Source: Lobosporangium transversale
Lineage: Eukaryota
Length of the DNA stretch: 64,000 nucleotides
Direction of reading: 5' to 3'
NCBI RefSeq assembly: GCF_002105155.1
Contig: NW_019029015.1
Span: 1 to 64,000 of the forward strand
Position numbers and translations under genes: made by a program
The notes under the pieces: model-generated
Databases searched by the model: none
The model's input: only the letters and a program-made list of their open reading frames with translations
What the model was told of the DNA's origin: nothing
Shown here: positions 33,565-47,549 of the stretch, piece after piece
How the letters are laid out: each line of letters begins with the position of its first letter
Numbering within the stretch: position 1 is the stretch's first letter

Positions 33565-35185
33565 CATACACAAAGGTGCCTACGATGGCATTTACACCAA
33601 TCATCCAAATGACCTTCGTGTCGCTAGGAAGTTCAAACGGTTCAATCCCTGTCCAGTGGAGGACCCCAAACATAGGCCATAGTAGGACTATGTTGAATAG
33701 ACCAACAAACCCAAAGAATAGTGACATGTTGACTCGGCTTTCGTTTTGGATCCGGAGTTTGAGTAGTACAGTATAACATCCGTAGAACATGGCGGACATG
33801 AGAGCAAGAAAATCTCCGAACAAGGGCGCCGATGGAGAAGTAGGTTTTGCACTGTCCTCAGCAAGACCGGCGGAAGCAGTTTCAAATACTGAAAACATAA
33901 AATTATTGGTACCGCTCTCTCCACGATCAGACTCACTGACCAATGCGACTCCTGCCACACTCGCACAAACCGCTATCAACTTGAAGACGCTGAACGTTTC
34001 TGTTTTGAGTATAGCACCAATAGCGAGTGTAAAGAATCCAGACATAGATGCCAGGATCGTGGAGCTGGCTACAGTGGTGTACGCTAAGGATGCGTTGGTG
34101 GCCCAGTTGGCTGCGAACCAAAGGATACAAAATGTGAAGCTAAGCTCAGCAATCTCATGATAAGTGAGAGGAGGCTCTTCTAATAAAGATGATGTCGAGT
34201 GCGCTGATCCTCGTTCTAAGGCAGAGCTGTTAGATGAAGAGCTGCGCGCTGCAGTTGTGTCGATTGATGCTTCCTGACTCATACTTCCGTATGATCTAGG
34301 TTAAGTAGATTGAAAGGTGACGGCGCATTAATGAAGATTCAGATCTGTATAGGCAAAAGAAACGCTACACTAAACTACGCGAACACGCCCACGGCATAAT
34401 ACCAATGGGGCACACACATTGGGGGTTGATCACATTGTATTGTTATCCTTGATAGTGAAGATCTGCTTTTGCTCCCTTACTCATTTTTTTTTTCTCATGA
34501 TAATCATCCGTCCATTGTTCTTTTTGAGTATAAAGTTTAATCAGAGATCCACAGTGACTCTAAAAAATTATATAATATCTTTTTCGTTTTCATCCGCTTA
34601 CCTTGAGAAAGGAGTAGTCTTGCTTGATGACAATGAAGATCTGCTATTACTGTTGTCACAGATTGCGCGCCAGTGTCGGAACAATGGTCCGACAAGATAA
34701 AAGGAGAATGACGCTGTATTCACGTAAGTGACAAAGAACGGCTTGTTGTAATTTTGACCTGCGAAAATATTCTGAAATAGTCATGTGTGAAATGAATTGC
34801 ATGATTAACAAAAACAGTCATCTTAATAAAAGACATGTGCACGCCGCACATGGACAGTTGTGCACACAAGCGCACACCATAAATACGACAATTGATGGAA
34901 TCACATTTCTTTTGTCGTATGTACGCACAGAGCGTAGAGAGTATAAAATGATGCACAGACCCAATGGTTTGATTAATCCAGAGAAAAGAAAGGACGAAAA
35001 GAGGTAACAATGCCTATGAAGACTTTTATATTATACTTCATCCCTAGTTCCCAAAGCCAGTGGAATGAATATGTGGACGGTAAACTTACATTCATAAGAA
35101 AGCTTGATGAGACCCATATACAAACAACCGACAATAACGCTAGGATGCCGACAGTGTAGCGCGTTATCCCTGCTGTTGGTGCCAT
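33112..35185 (-). CDS. DMT/EamA-superfamily transporter, SLC35F5 / yeast Thi74-YML018C-like (4 exons)
   Basis: VVCIWVSSSFLMN, YNKPFFVTYVNTASFSFYL, FCILWFAANWATNASLAYTTVASSTIL, SDYLW..MLMTSPLVVTLGLSLTIPLA. Confidence 0.9.
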
Positions 35186-35813
35186 TGTTGGAAAGATGCA
35201 AAAGATTTTGATTAGGGGGTAAATTGAAGAACTGGACTGGTAAAAGAGAAAGAGAATAGTATGGAATCATCACAGTCTTTGTATGTAGTTTCTCTTCCTA
35301 TGTCTTTTCTATTCCACTCTCTTTCAAAGGGAAAGGCCAGACTAGCTACGAGGCTTCTTTGCAATGAAACCGAAGGCGGATCAGGAGAAGGAGGATGAGG
35401 AATGAGCGATGGGAGAATGGACTTTTCTTTTTTTTTTTTTATTATTATTATTAATATCACGTGGTAATAACCGTGTTCCAAAGAGTTGGGGAGAGAAAGG
35501 GACGCTTGTTGTTCGGATCTCCTTCTGCTGCCGTCGCCTCCATCGCCAATGAAGTTATTATTACTGATATAATAGTGGCGGTGCCATCTGGTGGGTGAGC
35601 TTCTGAGCTCTATGGGGAACGCCTCGTCATTAGCCACCTGCCATAAAGATGACTTGTTAATATACATATACTTTTGTTGGTTCCGCTCCATTTTTTTGTC
35701 ATAATCACATCAAATAGGCCACCATTCCACGTGTTTTATAATTTCCATATAAAAACAAAATTTCCGTTTATTCAAATCTTTCACCTTTTTCTTTTTAGTC
35801 TCCTTCAGCTGTA

Positions 35814-38259
35814 ATGGCTAAATCCAAATCGAAGAAGCGCAATCAAGCATCTACTCATGCATTTCCCGAGAGACCAAGGGACATTCCTAGGCGCAATGCT
35901 TCTGTCAAAACATCGAGTGCCTTGACATCACTGGAGAATAATAGCAGCTTTGACTCGAAACATCACTATTCTGATTCATCAACACCCACCCAGCATGCCC
36001 CGCTGCCATTACCCTCGCCTTCATTACTGAGTTGCTCTACTTCAGGCTCTGCAGCCTTTTCTATGCCTAGCCCAGTGTTTCCGCCACACACGATGCCTCA
36101 AATGCGGCCAAGAATTGGAGAATCGCTGTTCGTATCTCAACGACCATTGACGCAAAATGGAGATCTACAGGGTAAGAATGCGCTATTATCTTACAAACAT
36201 TTAAAGGCAGAGCATTCATAGACTCATTAACATCATTGATATTTATATTAAAACCTGTTTAGACATCATTCATCCCTCTCCCAGTCCACAGATTCGGATA
36301 TCATCCCAGCCTGTTATGTTACATCCGAGCCCCACACCATCAAAAATGTCAGTGTCTATAGATATTCCACCACTAGCGACATTATTACGTAAGAAGGAAC
36401 CAAAGGAGCAATCATCATCGATGGCTACAGAACAACCAGCGTCATCTGTAGCTCCAAAACCTGCAGATAAAAAAAAGGCGTTATCTTATGTAATGCCATC
36501 TAATCCGAGTAGCTTATATCCACTCATCCCAAAAGGCGGAAAAGTGCTTCATTGGCAAATTGCGCCAGAGGGCTCAGCTTCACCATGGACTCTATCTTCA
36601 CCACAAGCCTCACCATTATCAGTATCACCCTCACTTCAGGCTCTTCCTTCTTCATATTCTTCGCCCCAATCACAAGAGCCACAAGAATCGCAAGAATCAC
36701 GATCGCCCAGTATGCCACTGTCAACGTCGCAGCCTACGATAGAAGACTTGAAAGAGATGGCAGAGTCGACAGATACTACTAAAATGAGTAGAAAGGCTCG
36801 TAAACAGCTATACGCGTCACTCGCTGCAGCAGATCTTTCGCGACCAACACCAAAAGACAATTACAACAAATACTTATCGATCCAATTCGCGATCACTATG
36901 GTGGGAGATATTCCTATCTTGAAAGATAACAAGGTGGCAAACAGAGCTGCTGGAGAAGCTATCTTCCGAGCAATAGTGCATGTCTTGAGCCGAGATTTTG
37001 CATTCATGACGGCAAATATATTTTTCACAGAGTACAAGAGACTTTTTGGTCGCGGGAAAGGTAGCGACATTGAGCCGAATCCACTAGACCATTATTCGTT
37101 TGCTGATATTTTGGAAATTAGGGTTTTGAAGACGGTCAGATACTATCGCCTAAAATGGAGTTATTTTGAACAGATCGCAGAAACCCATGGTCTTTCATGC
37201 CCAAGAAGCGAAAAAGAAGTTTTTATCAGTGATCTTGGGTCATTGATACCAATATCTCCTCTCAGTCCTATGATTGTCCTTGCCGTTACAGATAAAAATT
37301 ATGCACGCCTGGTTAGCACATCCGCCCTATTTGGAGAGCTTACTCCGTCTATACTTGATCCAGGTGTTCCTCTACAAGATTTCCAAAGCTATCTACCTGT
37401 GTGGTACCCTCATCTTTACCTTTCTGAAAAGCTATCTGAGCTCATGGCCACTACTACACCAGTAGATCAGTCCATGATCAATTTGAACGCGATATCACAA
37501 GCCAACATAACGAGACAGAGTTTTTTAACATTGATCAATATTGCTGCTGGGACAGGAATGAATGCTAAAAAGGCCAGGAAAATGCTTGGTCGCCATGGCG
37601 CGCGTGTTTTAGGACCAACAGAGGCGACACGTCTAGAGAGTCGGACACGTACGATGATGGTAAGTCCTGTGGTATCCACCATGTGTAATGATTCGCTAGG
37701 CACAAGCAGGCCTCCTCCAGCCATAGCCATATCCGCAGCTACTAGTATTCCTTCATCCCCTGACGGTACTTGGACCTTCACTACTGAAATGGATGTGGAC
37801 CGGCCTTCTGTTCCTCATATTGAAGCAGTAAGTGCTAATACACAATCCAAACAGCTGCAGAGGTTACTTGTGAACGCCGCACAAGAATCAACTACATTGA
37901 TACAGGGCAGCCCTCTAGCGAAAGGAATGTTGACGGATGAGAAGGAGGAAGCAAAGATGTCTGAGGTTTGCGCGCAGACTAATGAACTTACACTGAGGCC
38001 ATTACAGGTATCTCCTGCTTCTGCTGCTACAGATCCAGATGGTCCTGGTTACCTCCTTCCTTCAGCCGACTTCTCACTGCCTCGTCCGATTCTTCCTCAG
38101 CTCCCTGGGCGTCCTGCACCATATGAGCAAAAGAGACCGTGGGAGCCTCCTAAAGTGCCTCGTGAGACGATTCTGGCCACTCAGAAGGAGGCGTTGGACA
38201 AAATAATTGACTACATCTGGACTCTTTCTATCCAACCTGAAGAAAGGTCAAGAGCATAA
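35814..38259 (+). CDS. Hypothetical protein (~785 aa), P/S-rich ends with a central globular region; intron 36172-36262
   Basis: Two ORFs joined in frame by a GT-AG intron; 647-aa open frame. Confidence 0.7.
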
Positions 38260-38529
38260 TGTGAATGAGTATAGTATATTACAATATCTATATAATCGAT
38301 ACGCGCACGCAGATGCCAATGTAAATAAAAAAAGGCCAAGTTCAATGAGTGGAAATGGCATGTAGGCAGTAATTTCCGCCAATGTAAAACTTAACTGGTG
38401 TATGATGTAGTGTATAGCCCTACCAGTGATGGGATAAATCACAAAATGTTGGCAGATACACTGGCCTACTCTTGGTTCCTGGCGAAAAGGTTAAAAGTTT
38501 ATTTCCCAAGTGACCACATGGTGTGTTTA

Positions 38530-41500
38530 TCATTCATAATCAGTCTCGCTGACTTTTTCTTCCTCCTCCTCCTCCTCCTCCTCTTCCTCCTCTTCCTGCT
38601 CTTCCTCCTCTTCCTCCTCTTCCTCCTCTTCCTCCTCTTCCTCCTCTTCCTCCTCTTCCTCCTCTCTCTCTTCTCCCTCTTCATCCTCCTCGTCCTCTAC
38701 TTCGTTACTATATCCCGTTGTCAGAGCATCGATAAGTTCCTCGGTCGTCATGCTCACAAAGTTGTGATCCTCAGGATAGGAGCTATTTTGAAGCCGCGAC
38801 ATCCACCAATTATCTTCCTCATCATCATCATTGCCACTAATATTATCGTTTTCAACTTCCCCGATCTGTGTCCGAGCAGCATCTGTCCCTGACGGGTCTT
38901 TGGAAGGCCTCTCACCACTATCGTTGTCTTGAGAGGCTCTAAGCTCATTAAAATCATTACGTCTCACCTTCTTTCGAGGCCTAAATGTATCCTCCTGATG
39001 CTCTTGACGATGCGATCTGCGGGATGGCCGACTCATCGAGGAAGCGACCTCAATTTTATTATAATGATGTCTTTCACTGGATCTTTGCAAAGGTGAGTGA
39101 GTACAGCTGAAGCTTTTCAGTTTAGTATTGGAGGTATTGATACGAGGTCGACTTCTAGCAGATCCGGAACCGGAACCCAGATTGTAGGTGCGAATATTTC
39201 CCGTGAATGTCAGTAATGACATTTGAGAATGAGAGTTATCCCCGTCACTACCGTCGCTGCCTCCACCAATATTGTCCTCATCTTCATCATCATCATTATC
39301 ATGGTAAAAGTTTGTCTCATCTTCGATCTCGCTACCATAGCCGTCTCCATCTCCTTCTTCGTCTCCTAGATTACCATTGGTTTTGATGTCCGTTAAGTTC
39401 TTGCGTTTAAAGCTATTGCAATCCATTCCATATTTGGGAGAGACAAACTTCGGCCTTGCCTTGGCGACCGTTATATATTTTTTATCGCTGTAGCCCTTGA
39501 GCCGAACGCGACGGTCCGGTATATATTGCTGCAAAGGTCGAGACGCCTTTAATCTATAGCGGGTAAAAGCATTGTGATCATCAAAGGTCCGTGTTGTAGA
39601 AAGTTGCGATGCTCGGAGCCGAGAGAGTAATGGTGATAATGAAGATGATGATGAAGGCGCTATTGTCCATCTTGATAAGAGAGTAGGCGCGACCCTTGCA
39701 CGTGGATGACAGGTTGCATGAAGGAATCGACGTCGATAAGCGTTTAACGCCTGCTGGAGTAGTAAACGTCTCCCGCCTAGGACAGCTTGATTAAGAGAGC
39801 ACTTGGGAGGTTCCAATTAATGATAACAGCAAACCAGAGATAACGAAAGTAACAAAATCAACTCATGAGTGGAGCTTCTTTTTACTAAATCTTACCGGCC
39901 GTACAGTCATAGTTCAATTTTTTTTTTTTTTTTTTTTAAAATGTCTTTCTTACCAGCTTCCAGCCAAGCTCGTTTAAATAAGATTCTTCTGCTTGTCTAG
40001 CATTGGACACTTTCCACTGTTGCGATCCAGACAAGCCGCCATTATCATTCTCGTTTTCATCTTCGTCTTCATTCTCATCTTTGTTATTATTATTACGTCT
40101 ATTCTTCCTAGTGTTCCCAGATTTTTGACTATCATCTGAAAATGACCGAGGGAATACAGCGTTGGCTCTTTTGAATTCCAAAGACAGTTCGTCTACTTGG
40201 ACCTGTTCAATCCCATAATGCAGGACATGGACTTTTTGAAATCGGCCATCAAAAAACCCATCAAATTCCAGATAGTAATCTAGATCTGCGGTGGTGACAG
40301 TGTATGGAGGCACATGCTTGAAATATCCGAGATTAGGAAGGTTTTGTTGTGGAAGTGTTGGCGAAACAAGGATGGTCTTTGGTGAAGGCAGTAATGAGGA
40401 AGGTTCCTCCGCCGTGTCGCTTCTTGAAGTGGTATCCATAGTAACCTGCCGTTCCTCCTGAGGTAGCAGAGACGGTACCAAGAGTGGCCGCCATTGCAGA
40501 GCGCGTTGTGCTGCTGAAGGCGGATGAAATTCTGGAGAGGATTGGGGCTGCTCCCGCTGCGGACCAACCCTTGCAAGCCCCTGCGCCAAGTCTAGACCTT
40601 GCTCTGACGCCTGTTTCCATGTTTTTTCCTGGTGCTGATATTGATGCTGATATTGGTACTGGTTCGGAAGGCTTCCTTGCGAGGCTATGATTGTATCCAT
40701 TGCCAGTCGAAGGTTCTTCTCACGCCTACGGGCCCTTCGAGACCTCTGTTTCACAGTCGCATTCCGCAAGCTATTTACGGCTTGTTGTAAAAGACCTTTT
40801 TTGCCAGCCAACACTTGTGGATTCAGATATGCCAGTTTCCACCCTTGCTCGTTACATTCACGCTCAAAATCTCGGCGGGCCTTTGCACCTTTATAACAAT
40901 TCTCAGGCCCATTTGCGTTTACATAAATACAGTTGAGGGATCGAAAGTCCGCAGGAGTATCCATGACGGTAATATCCTGAATGGAATCAATGTCAGCACG
41001 AATTTTGCACAAAGTTCGAGAAGTTCTCGTGTTGTAGGCGAATGTGAGCCAGGGTACTCCATCCTCAGCCAGTTTGATTAAGGGCGCAGTAGGTAGCAAT
41101 GTGACAGCCTCTTCTGAAGCAGAAGTCATGACAGACATAAAGTGACGCATAGCAGGCATGGTCGTGCGTGGTAGAGATGGCGGTCGTTGTCGCTGTAGTT
41201 GCTGTGATGATGAAACAAGAAGTGATTGCTGAGACGCCTGTGCAGAACCGGAAGGCTCCGGTTGGATAGAAGTATCATAATCTTGTAGCTGCTGCGGAGG
41301 GAGCTGCAATTGACTTTGTTGTTGCTGCTGCTGCTGCTGTTGATATGGTGAATGTTGTTGATGTCGCTGCTTATGCCACTTGATATGTTGTAAGGTCTCC
41401 TCTATGCTTGATATTTGCTCAAATGAAAGAGTACATGAGAGCTTATTGATTGTGTCCATGATGATAGGCTGCAGTTCCTGCGTCGAATCCGCTACTCTTC

Positions 41501-41738
41501 CTCCCCCTCCTTCTTCTTCTCTTCCCATTCCTCCAGGTGCCAGAGAGGATGCAGCCTGACTAGGTTTCTTTGTAACCAATAGGAAATATGTCCAGTGTAT
41601 TTACGTTTATAGTCAATATAGTCTCATAGCTTCAATATAATACAGAACAACTTTCTATTATTCAACTTAGACGCACCTCAGTTGGAGAATCTGCCATTGA
41701 GTTACTTGAAGTTGATGTGTTGTTGAAGTCGAGATCAT
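38530..41738 (-). CDS. Hypothetical protein with a duplicated fungal domain (F...N..YPxA...E..CNE.GWKL..LN..L.G++.LLQQA), polyQ and C-terminal polyE
   Basis: ORFs 39936-41579 and 38530-39816 join via an intron starting at ~39952 to complete the second repeat (GWKL|CSLNQAVLGGRRLLLQQALNAYR); short first exon from ~41738. Confidence 0.7.
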
Positions 41739-42549
41739 TCCATTGGTACGATGTAAAGAAAATAAATTTTTTACGAACTTTAGTAAATAGCAAATACTAA
41801 ATACTAAAAAATTTTATTCAACAGTCAATGCGCATCTGATAAAAAAAGAGGGGACACTGTCGTTTAGGCACAGCCTCCTTTTAGAAACAAATATTAAAAA
41901 CATTTATGCTGATATATAATGTAGTTTGTCCTTCCTGTTTCAGTTTCGTCGTTGTCAATAGATTGCATAAAGCAAACAGACCTATTTGAACAAATGCACG
42001 GCTCCTATAAACTGTGCAAAAGTACATGTTGATGTATTGTACCGAATGTTCTTCTACTTTAGAGGACTTTGGGTACTAAAAAAAAAAAAAGTCGACACAA
42101 CAAATAATGGAAGGATAAGGGCAAAACTTGAATGGTGTTCGTTCGAAAGATCTTATGTTTGTCAGTTTAAGATGATGAGAAGCAATGTTTTCATCTTTTT
42201 TCTTTTTTGCTATTGTTCTTTGCTTTTTTGTTTTGTGTTTTTTTTCTTTTTCTTTTTCTTACTCTTTGTTTTTGTTTTGAAAAAAAAGTATCTCTAAAGC
42301 ACAGTAATTTTAAAAAATTAGTAGACGCGTTTTTTTTAAATAAAAAAAAAATAAAAAAAAAATAAAAAATAAAAAAAAATAAAGTAAAGACACAAACAAC
42401 GGGCACATGTACTATTTATCACTTATAAACGGTCGTTATAAGCTTATAAAAGCAAAAGAAGAAAAGTTGATCAAGTTGAATTTATGTGTATGTGTTAAAA
42501 AAAGAAAAAAAGAAAGGAAAAAAAAAAAAAAAAAAGGTTGTTCTAAAAC

Positions 42550-42550
<1 letters not shown>

Positions 42551-42592
<42 letters not shown>
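42551..42592. repeat. (ATT)n microsatellite
   Basis: Direct reading. Confidence 0.95.
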
Positions 42593-42594
<2 letters not shown>

Positions 42595-42867
42595 ACAAGG
42601 AAATTTTCCTTACTGTAAGAGCACATGTAGCACCAACAGTTGACTGGATGTAAACGTAAAAATGTTAATCAAAATTTTCTTTTTTTTATTATACGTTTTT
42701 TTTCTCATGACTATGAAAAAACTCTGTTGATTAATCAACAAGGGGATTGAGCCCAAATCATTAGGCTCTTAAAAGGGATTGGGCGGAACTAAGTGATAAC
42801 TTTTGATATATACGAGAGATGAGAGAGTGAGAAAAAAAAACTAAGCCGAGGTCCTGCGGCCTTGAAT

Positions 42868-43320
42868 TTAAGGGCAGTTCTGGGCGGTGACGGTGGCTTG
42901 CTGGCAGAAGAGGACGTGACCGTTGCCGTTGGTAGCGGAGACCTGGAGGACGACGGGGATACCAGTGGGGGCAGTGGACTTTACCAAGATGCAGGCCTTG
43001 ACCGAGGTAACGCTGGTGGCAACGGGGCAAGGGGTGCCATTGGCAGCCAAGACAGTGCAGAGGTCGTGAGCATCGGTGTAGACGATGCGGTTGAGGTACT
43101 TGCCAACGATGTTCAACTTGGCACCCTGGGTAACAGGGGCAGAGAGGGATCCGGTAACGGTGGCGCAAACCTCCTTACCAACGCAGAGAGGGTAAGGGTT
43201 GAGGACAAGGCTAGAGACGGTCATGTCAGTGGCACCAGTAGCGCAGTTGGTGAATTGGGGCGACTGAGCCGAGGCAACAGCGGCGAGGAGGAGGGCAGAG
43301 ACGGCAGAGATGAACTTCAT
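42868..43320 (-). CDS. Secreted ML-domain (MD-2-related lipid recognition, NPC2-like) protein
   Basis: Signal peptide MKFISAVSALLLAAVASA; FTNC...LNPYP...DLC...CPV...NGHVLFC Cys pattern; intronless with strong codon bias. Confidence 0.85.
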   Translation of the reverse strand: MKFISAVSALLLAAVASAQSPQFTNCATGATDMTVSSLVLNPYPLCVGKEVCATVTGSLSAPVTQGAKLNIVGKYLNRIVYTDAHDLCTVLAANGTPCPVATSVTSVKACILVKSTAPTGIPVVLQVSATNGNGHVLFCQQATVTAQNCP

Positions 43321-45564
43321 GTTGAAAGGTTTTTTTTTTGTTGGAGTGGTTGTTGTTGAGATTGCTTGGATTGGAGAGTTGAGGAGTGAAGAACAAAAAA
43401 GGGGATGAAAGTGATCTGCTTTTATACGAAATCAGGAATAAGAAGGAGCCGTTGAGAATGAAGTTCTACTAATGCGCTCATGCGCTAGAGGTAGTTGTTG
43501 TGAATTGTACAGGTTGGTGGCACACAAAATAATTGTCCTTACATGTGCTTGTGTTATAGGTATAATGGGCGCAGGATAGAGTGTGTGCACATATCCTCTA
43601 TACACGGTATAGTACAAGGTACAGGAACACAAACAAACAATTAAAGAAAACAATAATAAAAAAACAAACAGCGACATGTGGCGTCAGTCTTCAATAGACG
43701 GACAAGCATGCAACGATTCTTACATCCATTAAACAAAAACGCTGCAACACGTACAAACATCTACGCTTACAGTTCTACGGTTCGGCCTGATTGAGACCTA
43801 ACAAAGTTCGTGCTCACCTGTATCCATTTGATAAGAATTGGAAGACAAAAGAATGGGATGAAAGAAGTGAGACTGAGACGCGTGTGTAATGAAGTATGCT
43901 AGCCTGAAAGACATTCTATTAGAAGATTTAGTCCTCTTCACATAGTGAAGACTTCACCCTTGAGATGGTCTGGATTAGTATAAAAGACTCGAATGACATG
44001 GCTATAATCTACTCTTTACATGAGTTTGAATGGAAGAAAATGAAGTCTACTCTCCACAGAAATAAAATAATAAATAAAAATAAAAATAAAAATAAAAATA
44101 AAAATAAAAATAAAAAAAATAAAAAAAAAAAAGCACCAACATCAACAACGAGTCAGGAGAGTGGCAGAAGGAAACAAGACTTTTGGTTAATGGATTACAA
44201 ATGAGTTATCGTCTTTCAGGGCCTAGATCGCAATGGAATGAAAACAGAATGTCTGAAAAACAAAAGAACATTGGTGATGACGCGCGAATATCCGAGGTGC
44301 ACCCTAGGATGGATGTGCTGCTATGTTTTCTTGTTTCCCACAACATCAGCAGGGCCAAAGGAGGGGTGTAGGAAATGCCGCTGAGACATAGTTTGTCATA
44401 CGATTTTGAAGGAATTGCTCTTGTCAGTAAATGTTTTTTTGTGTTTGCGTATGTCATGTTGTGCTATATTAACTTGTGGTTGTGTTATGTTGCTTTGTAT
44501 ATGTAAAGAAAGGGAGAGAAGAAATTAAAGTTGAGACGAAAAATGAACGCGCTTTGGGGACTTTCTGTAATAAAATTGTCTACTGTTGGCGAAGGAGAAA
44601 GTAAAAGGCGAAGGCCATTGTGATGAAACCCTCTTTCAAGAACATAAACACATTCGCGTAAGCAGGTATGCACGATGGCCATAAGGAAGCGGGAACATGT
44701 CAACAAAAAACGCCCGAAAATCAGGAATGCTCATTGCTCTCTTTTTTTTGCCTTCAAAACTTGTGAGTAAACTATAACTCCTCCACACACCTAGTGAAGG
44801 TCGATTGTAATGTATGCGCTTCCCATCCTCTCTTTTCTAATACAAGCGAGTTATGAGGTTTCTTATTATTATTGTTTCCACTATCAATCAAAAGTACTGT
44901 AGTAAAAGCAAACTCTTATCGTATGGGCTATAGTCAAACCCAGTGGAGACGATTAAAATATGAAAAAAGGGTTACATGTACAGAATACATTGGGTTAGAG
45001 TTATTAATGGAGTTAGTAATGAAATCGACGGCGCTTCACTGAAACTTTGAGTACGCACCAATGCCCTCTCTCTTTCTGTTTATTCATGGGTCCTTCTATA
45101 CCGATGTTATCCAAAATATATGGCTCTGTCTTTTTTGCTTTTGTTTGTTTGTTTGTTTGTTTGTTATTGGCTGGGTATATTTTCGCCTTCTCCCACATTG
45201 CATGAGCATGCAAAAAGTGGAGGATCTTGTGGAGGAGCAAGGATTCCCTCTGTTCTTCATAACGTTTGTGTTACAGTGCACAAACATCCTTTTTTTTTTT
45301 TTTCTATTATTCTTGTGACGGATTCCCATCCTTGGATATCCATCCCCAAATGGGTTCATTCATTAGAGCATCTGTTTTGTTCTTTTTTTTTTTTTTTTTT
45401 TACAAGCACCTGATGTTTCCTTGTAAATATGCTTACAATTATTTATTTATTAGTTGCTTCTTTATTTTATTTTTTTTCGTTGTAACATTTTATACGTATT
45501 TAGACAGGACTAAACATACAATTACTAGAGAGCATAACAGCCAATCTGACACCCTGACAACAGC

Positions 45565-45615
<51 letters not shown>

Positions 45616-47549
45616 ATGGAATATGAGAGAACAATACAAAATAAACCAAAACAAAAAAGATTACGTGGTGTGTATAGGAAATTTACTGTTGTTGCACCAA
45701 TGAGCAGAAAATATTAAGCAAGTCGAAATAAACAACGCTTCTAGTGTAAGTCATGACAAATATAAATGTAATCTCACAGTTAAACAAAAAAGAATGGCTA
45801 TGATCATTGTTCTACTATGTCTTCTTGGTAAACATGCCCACAAACAATTCGATATCCTTCACATGCTATCCAGGATATATGCTCCCTGCAAACGTTCAGG
45901 AAAGAAGAGCAGGCTGTGCCATCGGAGGGAAAGCACTTGTTTTCAATATTTATCCTTCAGGGTTGTTGTTTTGTGTGAGGTTCAGTTTGATGCATGACTA
46001 AGAGCTGTAGAGGTGCGTAGAAAACTCTAGAGGCTCAGCACAATACATGGTGGCCTTCGAGTTTGAAAGCCTTGGATGGAGTATTGCCTAGGAGTATATC
46101 TCAAAAAAAGGAAAAAACGACGCGTCTCAAAAAACAAAACAAAAATTCCTGGGACCCCCCCTCCCCAAAAAAAAATATTAATCCTAAACACCTTTCTCTA
46201 TTTCTCAGAGCTGTATGGCCTATTTTTTTTTTTTTTTTTGGATATGCTTCAAGGATCTCATCATATGCTACTCGGGATGATACTCCTATTTATTCAGTCG
46301 ATCAGACCTTTTTTTTGTACATTAAAAGAGTAAGAAATAGAATATGCTAGAAAAATTGCTACATCTAATATAAAATCCCAAAAAGGCGATCTTTTATAAT
46401 CATCAAAAAAAAAAAGAGAAGTTTGCAAGTATATACTTCGAGAGCAATTGCTGTAAGGTGCACATGCAAAGGTTAGAGATTTGACGCAGGACCAAACGAA
46501 GGAGAATTCGTCCATTTAAACGTGGGGAGATGGGCAGGGCTGAGGACACATGCTCATCAACTTGGAGGCTCACACTTCTTACTGTGGCGTCGCACAGTTG
46601 AGGAGGCTCTTTGAGTACAAATGATGTCGAATAAAAAAAACGACATGGATGAATTATCGAATCAGTCATGAAATAGACTCCATCATCGTTCGTTTATTGA
46701 TTAAAGAATATATGAATAAAAATGGTTGACAATGTTGCTGTAGGTTAGAGCTATCCCTTGATCCGTTACAAGTCAAAGATTCATGGGCCAAGGATTGGGT
46801 GCATCCCATTGCTGCAAAGCATGCAGCATCTGACAACGAATTTTGTCGTTGCATGAGGGTGTACGTACGTTGTTCAGTAAATCTCAGCCTAATAAACTGT
46901 GTTAAAGAAAATATGAATATCGACATATTATTTTACACCTCCATACTGCTTGTTAATGTATGTAGTGTTACGGCCTTTATTATGATTAGTATTGTTGAAT
47001 GAATTAGTACGCTGGGTATTTCCTGCAAGGGGAGTGATCAGACATCGGAGGATCAGAAAAGTAACGACGCTATTGACGCTTGCTACCATCAGCCAGTCAT
47101 TTATTTGAGACACTTTTTGATACCCAGACTATATCGATGACCAAATCAATCGAGTATATCTAATAATGGCTCACAGCTATCAGTTGTTGTTTTTTTTTTT
47201 TTTTTTTTTTATAACTATCCATGTTTAATGACGTGTGCTTAGACGTTTCGGCCGAGAGGATATTTTTGTGGTAGGCGTCTGAACGAGGAGGTTATTATCA
47301 GATGTCGACGACAGTACTCGTGGAATTGAAGTTGATTTATGTGACTCAATTAGAACGATGTTAGGTCGTTTCGCCTTGAGGTATATAGTTGCATTACATA
47401 AACAACTCTCAGATATGGAGCGGCTATAGATATACAGGGGCCCTGTATATAGGCCTATTCCTCCAGAAGTATGTAAGATACTGGCTTCAATGATGCGGCT
47501 AATGTTTATTTCATGTATTTAAGTATTCTAGCATTGGGATTTTCCTCAA

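Noticed and set aside
38398..38892. Leu/Phe-rich membrane-protein ORF and the Arg/Lys-rich ORF 38499-38684
   Set aside because: Shadow frames of the polyE tract of the minus-strand gene.
42761..43359. Overlapping ORFs 42761-43168 (-) and 42862-43359 (+)
   Set aside because: Alternative and antisense frames of the strongly codon-biased ML-domain gene.
43400..47500. Numerous short ORFs in the long intergenic region
   Set aside because: Dominated by homopolymer and microsatellite translation (poly-F/K/N); no coherent exon chain or motif found.
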